Shown here piece after piece: positions 10,480 to 23,760 of a DNA stretch of 64,000 bases. Position 1 is the stretch's first letter. Each line of letters starts with the position of its first letter. A model generated the notes under the pieces. That model was given only the letters and a program-made list of their open reading frames with translations. It did no database searches and was not told where the DNA came from. This DNA comes from Chiloscyllium plagiosum. Taxonomy: Eukaryota. A program made the position numbers and the translations under genes. Location: contig NC_057711.1 of the NCBI RefSeq assembly GCF_004010195.1, forward strand, positions 81,138,714-81,202,713, given 5' to 3'.

Positions 10480-13082
10480 ATGATTTTGAGTTAGGGAGGA
10501 CACTACATAGATGTCGGATGAAAGCCACACAGTTGAGGTGATTGAATATGGATGTCATTGAGTTGGGGTGAGACTACTTAAACCTTTATTCCTGAACCAT
10601 TTGCATGTCTTAGCTGACATGTGTATGAGCTACAGGATACATAAAATAAAGAAAAAATATATATATAACCAGGAGAGAAGGGCACTGCTTGTCACTGGCC
10701 ACTTGGGTGTTTCCTTTCTGGTGGTAGAATATGAATGAAGATTATGCACTCAATGTTCTTCACTGCCTCCTACACCTGCACACATGTGACATGTGGAAAA
10801 ATGTAAACCAGGGGAGTATGGCAGTAGTGTAGGGTAGGACGGTAAAAAAGATATAACCAGGAGGTTAGAATCTCCTCAGTTGAGGACTGACTCCAGGCTA
10901 GCTGGCCACACAGCCAGTGTGTACTGTTACCATTGATTTCTGTGTTTTTGGGGGGGAAACTTGATTCCTGAACTGGCTGATCTACAAAGCCAGTTTGTTA
11001 GCTGGTTTTCCTTTTTTATTGAGGACTGATTTTTAAATTGTCTGCTCTACACATTCAATACATTACAGGTGTATTTCAATTCTCATTGAGAACTGTTGTT
11101 TCACTGGCTGGTTACAGCCTGTGTGTTACTCTTTTCTTTTACGATGAGAAAAGGACAATTTTGTGGATTTTGTGACAGGGTTCAAACCTTGCACTTTGGT
11201 TTTCTTTCTTTTTTGCATGTGTTTTCACTTTTTGGATGTTTGGACTGAGCCCCCCGTGAAATACTGCACCTTTCCAGATGAACTGTTCCTCTGTGGGTAG
11301 GCCTGGCCCTTTGTGGGTAGATGAGGCTCTGTAAAGATTGAACAGGCGTGTGTATCTGCTGGCAGGTGAGAATTTGCTGCATCTGCCTCTGCCTGTTGTA
11401 GTGAACGCTGCCTGTTTGAGTGGACCATCCCCTCTGAGTTAACTATGCCTTTTACAATGAACTATACTTGCATGTGTGGCTTGGTTCTCTATGGATAGAC
11501 CAGGCCTCTATGGAGACTGAACACCTATGTGTGTGCTGGGAGGTGTGCATTTGCTGCCTTTGGGAGTGGACTCTGTATACTGGAGTGGACTCTGCCTTTG
11601 GTTGTGGACTCTATATCTGGCAACGCATTCTGCACACTGGAGTGGACTCTGTTCCTGGGAATGGATTTGTATTCTGAAGAGACTGTTTATCATAATGGAC
11701 TCTGTGTACCAGAAGGGACTCTATTTGTTGCTAATTGATTTTGTCTTGTTTCTTGTTGGGGTTATTACCTGCACGGTCTTGTGTGTCCCTGGGTCTGGCA
11801 GGCCTTACTGTGAGCTGGGAGGCTCATAGGTCATCCCAAAAGCTGTCACCCTGAGAGAGCCGGAGGGTGGGCAGGCCAACCTGTGAACCTGAAGTGGGGG
11901 TAGGCTGTCCCTGAGAGCTGGAAGATGGGGAGGCCATTTGAACGCTGTTGTCCCAAGAAGGGGTACCTGTGACAGGTTGTCCTAGAGGTGGCTTGAAGGG
12001 GTGTCAGGGCAGATGAAAGCCAGAAGATGAGTTGGGTCAGGCCGAGATCTGGAAGGCTTATGGACTGCCCTGTGCTGCTATCATCCCAGGGAAGGGGACA
12101 GGTTGTCCGACAGGTGGCCAGAAGGGGTGTCAGGGCAGTCCACAGGCTGGATGACACGTTGGTGTGGGCAAGAACCAGATGGTTTGTAAGAGTGGACCAA
12201 GAGCTGGAAGGGAGGTAGGCTGTCCTCAGCATTGTCATCCCAGTCAGGTACTGGGGTGGGTTGTCCTAGATGTGGCTGGAAGGTGTGAGAGGGTGGTTAT
12301 GGAAGTTGGAAGGTGGGTAGGCTGTCCTGATCGCTGTTGTCCTGGGTGGGGGGAGTGGGCTCTCCTAGAGGTTCAGGGCAGACCAAGAGCTGGAAAGAGT
12401 ATTGGGTGGACCGAGAGCCAGAAGGAGCATGGGGCAGACCGAGAGCTGGAAGGGGCATGGAGCGGGCTGCCTTTGAGTGACCGGAAAGTGGGAGGGATGG
12501 GTGATTTGCTGGGTTGCCATGACATCTGCACTGTTTTATTTTCAGTTTATTGGACTGTTTGTATGTGATTGATTCTACAGTTTCTTTTTGATATGACATG
12601 GTGGGAGTTGAGCTTCATCCTCTTTTCCCTGTGAACCCTGGTTGCATGAAAGGGTTTGGCTTTGCCATCCCTTTCCCCTATAAATTGCTGTTTCTTGTAA
12701 ACTGCTGCTCATTGTTAACTGTTTGTAATTTGTACTGCTTAATAAAATTTTAAAACATACGAACAGGAAGAAAAAAGTAACTAGGAGGTAAGGGCACTGC
12801 CACTTGGATTTTTCCCTTCTGATGGTGGAATATGAATAAAGTTTATGCACTCATTGTTCTTCACTGTCTCCTACACCTGCACACACACAACATGGGGAAA
12901 AAAATAAGCAGGAGAATATGGCAGTAGTGTAGGGTAGAAGGGTAAAACAAAATAGCCAGGAGATTAGAATCTCCTCAGTTGAGTACTGACTCTGAGCTGG
13001 CTAGCCACAAAGTCAATGTCCTGTGCTCTAACAAATAAAGGGTGACTTGGTGGCAGGGCATGGTCTCTGTGCAGATACTTCA
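10480..13082 (+). mobile_element. LTR-like sequence B interrupted by two variant short elements (10663-10850, 12777-12950) and a 1.8-kb insert
   Basis: 3' end aataaagggtgacttggtg...gcagatacttca resembles LTR A; exact atataaccaggag at both 10663-10675 and 10851-10863. Confidence 0.6.
10931..12776 (+). other. Unclassified 1.8-kb insert with internal degenerate subrepeats, AATAAA and an A-rich end
   Basis: gagtggactct-like units at 11560-11705; gagagctggaag and gaaggggtgtcagggcag units at 11850-12460; aataaa at 12741. Confidence 0.5.
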
Positions 13083-15289
13083 ATATCCGTAATGGGCTTC
13101 ATCTCTACCAGGACTGTGTGGTGACCACTCTTACTTCCAAGGACAAATATATTTGAAGCAAGCAAATTATTGAAAATTATTTCAAATTTTTTTTTCTGCT
13201 TGTTAGTTCCTTCACCAACTACCACAGGCCCAGTCTATCAACAATGTGCTTTAGGATTCAACCAGCCTGATCAATTTTGGTGCTGTTGAGTCACTCTTGC
13301 CAATGGATGTTGAAGATCCCCCACCAAGATTGGGTCTTACCACACTCTGAGCTTCCTCAATGTGGTATTCAGCATGGAGGAGCACTGTATCATCATCCAA
13401 GGGCGATGGGGAATGCTTTCATGATAATCAGCAAGAGGCCATGCCTATGTTTGATCTGGTGGCATGAGATTTCATGGGGATCAGACCAAAGTTGAAAACA
13501 CCTTCCTGATTATAAACACTGCTTCTCCATCTCTGGTGGGTCTGCCCTGCCGGTGTGACAGGACATACCCAGAGATGGTGATGGTGGTATCCGGGACATT
13601 GCCTGTAAGAAAAGTTCTGTGAGTATGGCTTAGTCAGGCTGTTGCTTGACTAGTCTGTGAGACAGCTCTCCTAATTACTTTAGCTCTTGTCCTATCCTAT
13701 CTTATATGTCTGATGAAACTTAAGCATAGAGACAGCCAAAAGATTATGCAGTTGGGAATCTTTATTCCAATCTCTTTGCACACATGCAGCTTTTTTTGCT
13801 GGTTAGCTATCCTCAGGCAAAGGGGTCTACATCTTACAGAATGGCAGTTTGCAACCAAGTCACCATGTCTCAAAGTAGTGAAATCAGATAATGCAAGGCA
13901 GATCAGTGATTAATAGAAGGCTATTTTGGTCTGTATGGCTCAAATCATCACTGTACAGAGAAAGTCAGGGAATAATTAAAGTAGCTATTTTGTTTGATTG
14001 GGAATGCACAAAAAAATTTGTGAAAGCCAGGATACTAATCACAACATTCCAATCAGGAATAGTAGATTTGGCCACCATAATTTTATAATGAAGAGTAATA
14101 ACATCATCTTGCCACATCCACAATATGGCTGCCAATCCCATCAAACTAAAGCCAGGCTCCACTGAAGTGTTTACAAAATGTACAGCCTATTACATGTCAC
14201 TTTAATGTGGAGTTCTCCAACCCCACTCTCTTTGCATTGGGACATCATGGGAATCCAGGAAGACTAAAACAGCTAAAACCAATTTAATGAAAAAAAGGCA
14301 TGTGATAAGTTTAATACATGAGTGCATGAAAAGCAACATTGTGTAGAACTGATCGTGTTGATTTATGGAAGTCAACGAAATTAGACTGGCTGAATATTTT
14401 CCATTCAAGGAGCTCGAGGGAGAATAAAGATCAGCAGCAAGAGTTGCCAAGTTCTGGAAAAATTTCAGTTCAGAGCACTCAAATATCGCCTTTAATAGTA
14501 TAGAACCATTTTGAATAGTATCAATCCTGAACTTTCCTCCAGCTCCTGATATTCTGTAATTCAGCCAACCTCTGTTGCAGACGCATTCTAGATTCTAGAA
14601 TTTTACAGAAATCTCTGTTCCACATCACTCAATGGCCAATGGCTGAGGATAGTTTGTATAAGCAATGAATTGGGAAACTTATTTTGCTAGCTTCTATGGT
14701 TAGAAAAAAAATAGAAACTTTGAATTCAGTGACTGCGCTTTAAAGTAAGGGAGCCATTCAAAATATACATCAATGTTATATTTATCAACTGTAAAGAAAT
14801 ATACAACATATGTTTAAGAATAATAAACTCCACTGAATTTCCTTTTCTGCACATTAGACCATATTTTGCTCTGCAAAACTCAGTGAAAAAGCAAACATTA
14901 GTAAACAGTGGCAGTAAACTAGTAGAAAGAACTAAGACTTTCTGTATTTATTACTGCAGCAAGGATTCCTACTCCTTCAAAACTGGATGAGTAAAATTAT
15001 TTTTAAAATTACTTATTCAATTTTAAAATCTTTATTAAAAGTCATTATGAAAAACAAGCTGTTATTGAAATAAATTATAATCTGAAAACGGACTCCATTA
15101 TAGGCCAGCATAACTGATCTTAACTAGGGGAACCATTAAAAAGATTAATGCAACAATTACAAAACACAGAAAAGTTTTCTCCCCGGTGCTTATTATTGGT
15201 ATAATTGGAATTAAATATATCACAGTCACATTGTAGCAATTAGGGGAAGTGAAGTGTTCTTGGTAGCTTCAATAGAAATAAAGTTGAGA

Positions 15290-15840
15290 GAGATGTGAAA
15301 TGTACTGTGAGCAGTTTTGTTCCCTTTATTTAAGCAAGGATATATTGGCACTGGGGACAGTTCAAAAGAGATTGACTAGACTGATTCCTGGGATGAAGAG
15401 GTTGATGTATCAGGACTGACTGAACAGGCTAGACCTTTATTCATTAGGGTTTAGAAGAATGAGGAGTGGTCTTATTGAAACATACGATATTCTGAGCGGT
15501 TTGTCAGGATTGTTGTTGAGAAGATGTTTCCACTAACAGTGGATTCTAGAACTATAGGTTACAGTTACAGTGTAAGGGGGCAAATATTTAAAGATGAAAT
15601 ATGATGGAATTTATTCTCCCAGAGGGCAGTGAATATCTCCACTCCAGACATTGGTGGAGCCTAGATCACTGAAAGTATTTAAAGAGGAAGTAGATTGACA
15701 TTTGAAATTCTGGAGAGTTGAGGGCTACGAGGAACTGGCATGAAAGAGTCGCGACCTGGGGCAGAGCAGCTAAAATCTTATAGAATCGTGGGTTAGACAT
15801 GAGAGACTGACATTGCTCCTATTTCTTATGTTCTTGTATT
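15290..15840 (+). mobile_element. Old CR1 LINE 3' fragment
   Basis: ttcaaaagagattgactagactgattcc and gtttagaagaatgagg; ends tcttatgttctt. Confidence 0.8.
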
Positions 15841-16449
15841 CTAAATGGGAAGTTGACTCACAATCATCCAATTTATACTATTGCGACTTCTAATCAGTGC
15901 TATTATGTGAGATGCCTTTCAATTGACCTCCCTCCCAGACTATTCTTGTTGCCTCTACCTATACAGGCTCATCTACTGTGGGTGAATCCCCAGTGCAGTA
16001 CCATCTAACTCCCTATCAGAGTTATATTGGCTGTTGATAGTTCTCTCTTGATGGTTGGAAAGCAAGAGAGAGAACAAAAAGATGTTGTCAGAAAGTTATC
16101 ATAGGGGTAAATGGTTTCGTTAATTGTCAATGGGGTAAATTTTAACATTTTGATAAGCACACAATAGCAGGGGCCAATCATAGGTTGGAAACCTGAAAGC
16201 TTCAGCAACATGTTAGTAAGTGGGTTTTTAACTTATCCAGGACACTTGTATCCATTTTCGTGGTTTCCTGATGATTTTGAGTTGAGAGCCTGATGTAAAC
16301 CCACAATTAACTGTATCCGCTGCACTGTTTAAAAACATCTCACGAGGATCTGAAGAAAAAACGTTCTTGAAGTGCTAGAAATGAGACAACGATAGACAAA
16401 TGAAAAGTCAACATTAAAATGTTGCACCACAGTGTACAGAAGCATTTCT

Positions 16450-16630
16450 GTACATTATGCTGCAAATTGAAATGGCTCAAAGGATGGTCCTCCTTCCTCT
16501 GGAACAGGTCCAGGAAAGAAGACATCAAGCAGGCGAGGCTGGAAGTGGCAGGGAAGTCAGGAGAAGAGGTTTGGTGCCTTGCTGCATGATATGGTGCTGG
16601 AGTATGTTTAATAACCTGATCAAAGAAGAC
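16450..16630 (+). mobile_element. Harbinger-type Myb/SANT-like protein relic
   Basis: Frameshifted DIKQARLEVAG...WCWSMFNNL, resembling the AWxEVA...QCRKxFNDL trihelix motif. Confidence 0.5.
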
Positions 16631-17244
16631 CATACTACTTTCAAGTGCAAACTTATTCACTCTGCCTACCCTATACATCCATCCTCAACCCAGTATTTCT
16701 TGCAGATGAATTCACCTCGACATCTCCTCACATTCCCATCATTCGACCAACCAACAATAAATGCTCACCTCATTTTATTACAATTTCATTCTCATCTCAT
16801 CAACCAACCTCCAGAAACGTTGCCTTCTTTAGTCTGAAATCAATCCATAGCTAAAATTCGTATCTTTCCAGTTATTGTCACTCTGACAGCAACTGAGGAG
16901 AAGTGTGGGAATTACACCAAGGCTAATCATAGCTGGCCAATGTCAAGAATGAAAATGGGGTTTTCCAGTTAGTGACAAAATTAAAAATAATATCGTCACG
17001 TGGCAGACAACTTTCATGTTAACTTGAAGTCAACAACTACTGAAGTCTAAATGAACAACAGAATTATGACTTAGAATTGCCTGATAAATACCATATATCA
17101 GGCAATTTATAAATACCTGATAAACATCTCTGTCATCAGAAGAAGATGAAGATACCCCAGAGGAAGTCATTCATTCTGAGGATACTCCATTTCATGATTC
17201 ATAAGTGCTTTCCAACAGCTCAACTATAACACCTGAATGATCCA

Positions 17245-19085
17245 GGACAGGTAATAAGATTGTCACATGGTGAAGCAATGGATAAGCTCTGCACTCCTGC
17301 CATATCCAATCAGGAATGTTAATGGGCAATTAATTGACACTTTGGAGGAGGAGGAGGCTCCACAAATATCCTTATCCTCAATTATGGAAGAGGCCAACAC
17401 ATCAGTGCAAAGGATAAGGCTGAAGCATTCACAGTTATCTTCAGCCAAAAATGCCAAGTGGATGATCCATCTTGGCCTCCTCCAGTGGTCTCCAACATTT
17501 CAGATGCCAGTCTTCAGCCAATTCAATTCACACCATGTGATACCTAGAAATGATTGGAGACACTGGATACTGCAAAGGCTACAGGTCCTGCCAACATTCT
17601 GACAATAACACAGAAGACTGGAGCTCCAGAAATTGCTGCTCCCCTTGCCAAACTGTTACAGTGCAGTTAGAACACTGGCATCAACCCAACAATGTGGAAT
17701 ATTGACCAAGTATGTCCTGGGCATGTAAAGCAGGACAAATCCAACCTAACTAATTACTGCCCCATCAGTCTACTCTTGATCATCAGTAAAGTGATGGAAG
17801 ATGTCATCAACAGTGCTATGAATCAGCACTTGCTTAGCAATAACCTGCTCAGTGATGTCCAGTGTGATGTCCAGTGTGGGTTCCTCCAGGGCCACTCAAC
17901 TCCTGACTTCATTGCAGCCTTGGTTCAAACATGGACAAAAGAGTTGAATTCCAGAGATGAGGTGGGAGTGATAACCCATGGCATCAAGGTTGCATTCAGC
18001 CAAGTACGGCATCAAGGAACTCGAGCAAAACTGGAATCAATGGGCATCAGGGGGCAAACTGTCTAGTGGTTGGAGTCATATCTGACACATAGGATGGTGG
18101 TCGTGGTTGTTGGAGGTCAGTTAAGTCAGCTCTAGGACATCTTTGCAGGAGTTCCTGAGAATATTATCCTAGGCACAACCATCTTCAGCTGCTTCAGTAA
18201 TGAAGTCAGAAGTGGGGATGTTTGCTGATGATTACACAATATTTAGCACCATTCATGGCTCCTCAGATACTGAAGCAATCCGTTTTCAAATACAACAAGA
18301 TCTGGACAATATTCAAGCTTAGGCTGACAAGTGGCAAGTAACATTGGTGTCACACAATGCCAGGCTTTGACTGTCACCAATAAGAGACAATCTAACCACC
18401 ACCCCTTAACATTTAATGGTGTTACCATCACTGAATCACATATTCTGGGGGTTATGATTAATCAGAAACTCAACTGGACTCATCACATAAGGGCAGTTGC
18501 TACAAAAATAGGTCAGAGGCTAGAAATACTGCGGCAAGTAACTAATTTCCTGACTCCTCAAAGCCTGTCCACCATCTACAAGGCAGGAGTGTGATGGAAT
18601 ATTTCCCACTTTCCTGGATGACTGCAGTTCCAACAACATTCAAGAAGCTTAACACCATCCAGGACAAAGCAGCCCACTTGATTGGCACCACAAGCATCCA
18701 CTCCCTCCACTAATGATGCTCAGTGTGTACTATCTACAAGATCCACTGCAGAACTTCTCAAAGATCCACAGACAGCACCTTCCAAACTCACGACCACTTT
18801 CATCTAGGAGGACAAGGAAGCAGGTACATGGGAACACCACCATCTTAAAGTTCCTCTCCAAGCCATTCACAATCCTGATTTGGAAATACATTGCCATTGC
18901 TTCACTGTTGGTGGGTTAATATCCTGGAATTCCCTCCCTAAAGACATTGTGGATCAACCCACAGCAGGTGGACTACAACAGTTCAAGGGAGCAGCTCACC
19001 ACCACCTTCTCAAGGACAACTAGGAACAGGCAATAAATACTGGCCAGCGCAACACCCACATTTCACAACATAAATAAATAACTAA
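17245..19085 (+). mobile_element. CR1-group LINE family B, RT region to 3' end
   Basis: PISLLLIISKVME, GFLQGHSTPD, atgtttgctgatgat (MFADD); ends gcaataaatactggcc...aaataaata. Confidence 0.9.
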
Positions 19086-19139
19086 AAAAGTGCCCCTTAC
19101 AAGTGAGCAGGAGTGGGTGACAATCGTTGATCAAGAGTC

Positions 19140-19490
19140 TTCCCAGTCCCAGGGAGGCAGATTTCAAAGTGGGACCAAAGACAAGCTAAGAGTCTTATGT
19201 TGAGTTAGTTCACCAATGCATTCCCACTTCCAAGAGATCTTGCTAGCAGTGGATGCAGTGCTAGTGGTTCCGAAGCAATTAAGACAGCTTATGGAATCAC
19301 TGGGGGGAAAATGCCAATTTGCAAGATATTCCCAATATCACAATGGCCCTGGTGAAGCTGAAGCCTGAATGGTACCTGGCCATGCACTCATGGAGCTGGC
19401 AGGGATGCCAATCATGATCTCTCTCAATGTGCAGCCACAAGGATCGGAGGACCACTGCTGCTGCCAATTACAATGCTGTGAAATGATTCT
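19140..19490 (+). mobile_element. Possible highly decayed Harbinger transposase fragment
   Basis: GRFQSGTKD, VHQCI and SLNVQ occur in the expected order. Confidence 0.35.
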
Positions 19491-19554
19491 CTCTGCAATG
19501 ATGGCCTGTCAGTGGTAAACATTCTTCTTTTAAATTTCCAGAAATCACTTCCAG

Positions 19555-19840
19555 AGAATCACAGAAACCCTACAGTGTGGAAGCAGGCCATTCAGCCCTT
19601 CAAGTCCATACCGACACTCTGAAGAGCATCCCACCCAGACCCACCCCACTATTCTATCTCTGCAACCCTGCATACCTATGGCTAATCTACCTGGCTTGCA
19701 CATCCCTCAACATTATGGGCAATTTAATATTATCAATCTAAGTAACCCACACATCTTTGTACTGTGGGAGGAAATTGAAACACCCAGAGGAAACCCGCAC
19801 AGACATGGGGAGAACTTGCAAACTCGAACAGACAGTCGCT
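19555..19840 (-). mobile_element. HE1-like SINE, 5'-truncated
   Basis: Core and tail match the other copies. Confidence 0.85.
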
Positions 19841-19929
19841 GTCGATTTTAGGCAATCTTGAGACAACCTTTCATGTTACCTATGTAGTTCTCCGACACCC
19901 ACATCTCTTGGTCTATGTAATGTTCAATG

Positions 19930-20900
19930 CAATTAGTAGGGCAGATTTTGGATATGTGTTCCACTTATGAAGGTATGGTGACACATTTCCAAGGCAGGAT
20001 GATCTCGCCTCTGGAGGAGAACTTGGAGATGGAAGTGCCCTCATGAATTTTCTGCCTTTATTCTTCCAGTTGACAAACGCTGCAGGTATGGAAATTACTA
20101 CTGAAAACTCCTATGTGAGTTTATGAGTTCATCTTGGAGATGGCATATATTATTGTCATTGTGTGTTGGTTGTGGAGGGGGGGACATTTGCTTAGTGGTA
20201 GATGAGGAGCCAGTCAAGTGGTTTGCTTTGTTCTGGATGCTGTTGAACTTCCTGATTATTGTTTGGGTTACACTCATCTGAGCCAGTAAAAAGCATTTCT
20301 CACTCCAGCCTTTACCTTGTAGGTGGTCATCAGGCTTTAGGTAGACAAGAGGTCAGTTACTACCTGCAGAATGCAATGCTTCTGAACTACTCCTGTGGTC
20401 ACAACATTTATGGGCTGCTGGAGTTAAAATTTGTTATCCATTACAACCACTAGGATGTTTATGGTAGGGATCTTAGTAATGATCATCTTGTTGAATATCA
20501 GGAGGAGATGGTTAGACTCTCTTTTTTTGGCAATGGGCATTACCTGCCACTTGTGTGGACTGAATGCTGTTTGCATTTGGTAGCCTAAGCCTTAATGTAG
20601 TCTTGTGTCTTCTCTCTGTGTGCAGGAACGCACTGCTCTAATACCTGGAAAATTGAACTTAGAATAAACAATGTACACTCATCAGCAAACATCCCCACAG
20701 GTAAAATCATGATAAACCAGCAAAAGATGGTTGAGCCTACCAGACTATCCTGAGGAACTCCCGCAATAATATCTTGGGTCTGAGATGATCAGCTTCCAAC
20801 AACCACGACCTTCTTTCTTTGTGCTAACTATGGCTCCAGCAATGGAGAGCTGCTCCCTGATTCCTATTGACATCAGTTTTGGCAGGGTTCTTTAATACTT
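19930..20900 (-). mobile_element. Old family B LINE fragment
   Basis: catcagcaaacatccccac is the antisense of the MFAD motif; collinear with 31527-31800. Confidence 0.7.
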
Positions 20901-21769
20901 TTAGATGAGGCAATGGTTCTGAATAGATTACTGTTTATGTTACATTGACTCCATCGATTCTATTGATATCACATACACACTGAGGGAGAAGACAAAGAGT
21001 TCTGTTCTTGCTACCAGAGGGAGCTGATGTATCTGGACCAGTTCACTAAGATCCTGGTAATTATAGCTGACCAAACATAGTTTTATGGATAGCTACCATG
21101 CAATAAACATTCTGATTATCTAAGAGCAATCAAAGTTCTTGAACGCCCCTTCACAACAGCATTGTATGTACCTACACCCAGTAGTCTGCAGCATTTCAAG
21201 AAGCAAATCACCATTATCTTCTCAAGACAATTTAGATATTGGCAATGAATGTTGGCTCTCTTCCATTAAAATTCTGCAGTGGTGCATCCTATACCACTAG
21301 TCACTAGATAGATCTAAGACAAAGCAAAAACAGAGGGAGATTGATGGAAACAAACTACCTCAAATAATCCTTACCTAGTACCACATACTGGTAGAGATGG
21401 GAAATGGGTCGTTATCTGGGAAAATACCACAAATGCCATACTTTTTCAATATATACTGGATGGTCAGCTATAATTACTGGCACCTGAGTGAACCGGGTGC
21501 TTTGTTGTCCTGGGCTATCCTGGGTTCCAAAATTCCAGAAAAAAAAACAATCAAAAAATTCAAGACAAGGGCTACAAACTGCTTACCTCTAACTCATTTA
21601 AAGCTGATTTTTGGAGGTGTAATAGAGAATTAATGAAATAGGAACTTAATAAATCAAACTTTGTGGTTGTCTATGGTATTCACTAAGGTATTTAGTCTAT
21701 GTTGAAAAGTTACTTATCTATTAAATGTTAGTCAAATATCAACTTGGTCAATGAATCCTATGTTGATTA

Positions 21770-22925
21770 TTGGTCATCAACAAAGTGATGGAAAATTTCA
21801 TCAACAGAGCTACCAAGTAGAACTCAATGATAACCTGTTTAACAATACTTGGTTTGGGTTCTCTCAGATCATTCAGCTTCTTTCCTTATTAAAGCCTTGG
21901 TCCAAACATGAACAAAAATACTGAACTCAATAGGTGAAGTGAGAGTGACTGCCTTTGTATACCAAGGAAGCATTTGCCAGGCTGTGGCATCAAGGACCCA
22001 GAATAAAATTGAAGTCATTGAGAATCTCTCATCTGGTTGGAGTTAAACTGAGCACAGACAGAGTTGATTATTAGAAGATGAATCCTCACCATAGCTCAGC
22101 ATGGTATATGGTCAATCTGGTAGACTTATTGCCACCACTTCTTTCCTGGTAGCTTCTTGATCTTACATGGTAGAGGAAAGCCACCTGGTGTTGTAATAAG
22201 AAGCTCTTAAACAAGATGCAGTTTATGGAACTACATAAATGTCAGGCAACAAACATCTTGAACAAGAGAGATGCTAATAAACTGCTATGGACATACAAAC
22301 GTATTATAATCACTAAATCCTACTCTATCGATGTCTTTGGGGTTACCATTGATCAGAAATTGAGCAGAATCAGTCACATAAATACAGTAGATAGCAGATC
22401 AGGTTAGCTGCTGGGAATTCTACAGTGAGTAATTCACTTACTTTCGCCAGGAGTATGGCAGAATACTCTGCACTAGCCTGAATGAGCTCTAACAACATTC
22501 AAGAAGCTTGACTGCATCCAGGACAAAGGAGACAACTTGACTTATCATTCTATCTACTACCTTTAACATTTTCTTCCTCCACCACTGAGGTAAAGTAGCT
22601 GCAGTATCTACAACATACACAATGAACTGCAGCAACTCACTAAGTTTCTTTCACTAGGAAATTCCAAAGCAGCAGATGCATGGGAATACTCCCAAATTCT
22701 CTTCCAACCCAGTACACCATCCTGACTTGAAATTATATTGCCCTTCTTTACTGCTGGAATCAAAATTCAGTAACTCACGACCTAATAGCATTGAGATCGT
22801 CCCTGTAGCTCATGGGAAGAAGCAATTGAAGAAAATACTTCATGACTATATCCTCAAAGGCGATGGGAGATGGGCAATAAATCCTGATCTAGTCAGTGAT
22901 ACCCAGTTCCCGTGAACAAATAAAT
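21770..22925 (+). mobile_element. Old family B LINE fragment
   Basis: aaagtgatggaa, tggcatcaagg, caggacaaag; 3' end gatgggcaataaat. Confidence 0.75.
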
Positions 22926-23599
22926 TAACCTAATTTCAAATTTTTATGATCTCATCCTCATATTTGCTTGCCAACTGCCAAGTAACCTTCTGTGTTGTGA
23001 AGAATAGAATCACAAGAGTAGAAGACGAGCATTAGGTAGCTATGATAGATAGTTAATGTGGGACTTTTTTGTGTTGAGTGCTAGATGCAGGAGAGCTTGC
23101 ATACGGTAGAATCAGAATTGGTACACCATTTGGTTGTATTACATCAATAAATTTGAAGCACGACTGAATAAATCCAACCGAGTGAGGTCCCATTAACATG
23201 TCTGCTGCTTCTGTTGTTCCTCTTTCTCTTCTGAAGTTGCAAGGCAAGCTTTCTTAAGCACCTTCTGCCCTCTGTTGATGCATACTTAAGACAGCACCCA
23301 ACATTTGTCCAGTCTTCATAATAGCATATTCAGCACCAGGTACTGAAATGATTTACGGAAATGGTTCTGAGGATGAGGGATTCCTATTATGCGGAAGAAC
23401 AAATTAGAGAAGCTTAGGCTGTTTTTGTTTGAGAAAAAAAGGACAAGAGGAGATTTGATGCTAACATTCAAAATCATGAGGGATCTGGGGAAAAATGAAT
23501 AGGAAGAAGCAATTCCCTTTAATAGACGAATCTATAACAAGAGTGACTCTATCTTCAATTTATAGTGATTGACAAAAGAAAGACCCGTAACAAAGTCAT

Positions 23600-23760
23600 G
23601 AGGCCACTGATAATATAAACTCACCTGATCCAGTTGGCAAGAGATCATCCAGAGGCTGCAAATGTCAGTAAACTATCTAATGACCAAGCCCAAGTCTCCT
23701 GAAACACTGGTACTCAGTAAGTTGACAAAGCTGACCTTCTGCATTTGTCACCTATGCTGA
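23600..23760 (-). mobile_element. Harbinger transposase N-terminal relic
   Basis: Minus strand KVSFVNL / EYQCFRRLGL / FTDICSL. Confidence 0.45.

Larger units (their letters stand above)
6385..13675 (-). mobile_element. CR1-group LINE family B, split into 6385-7560, 8416-8687 and 13083-13675 by nested insertions
   Basis: 3' end matches 17245-19085; peptide AELYSNTIYNLMAWHIP matches the copy at 32600-32730; sequence is collinear across the insertions. Confidence 0.8.

Noticed and set aside
11468..12599. 100-134 aa ORFs as real proteins
   Set aside because: Overlapping ORFs on both strands in GC-rich subrepeats with no recognisable motif
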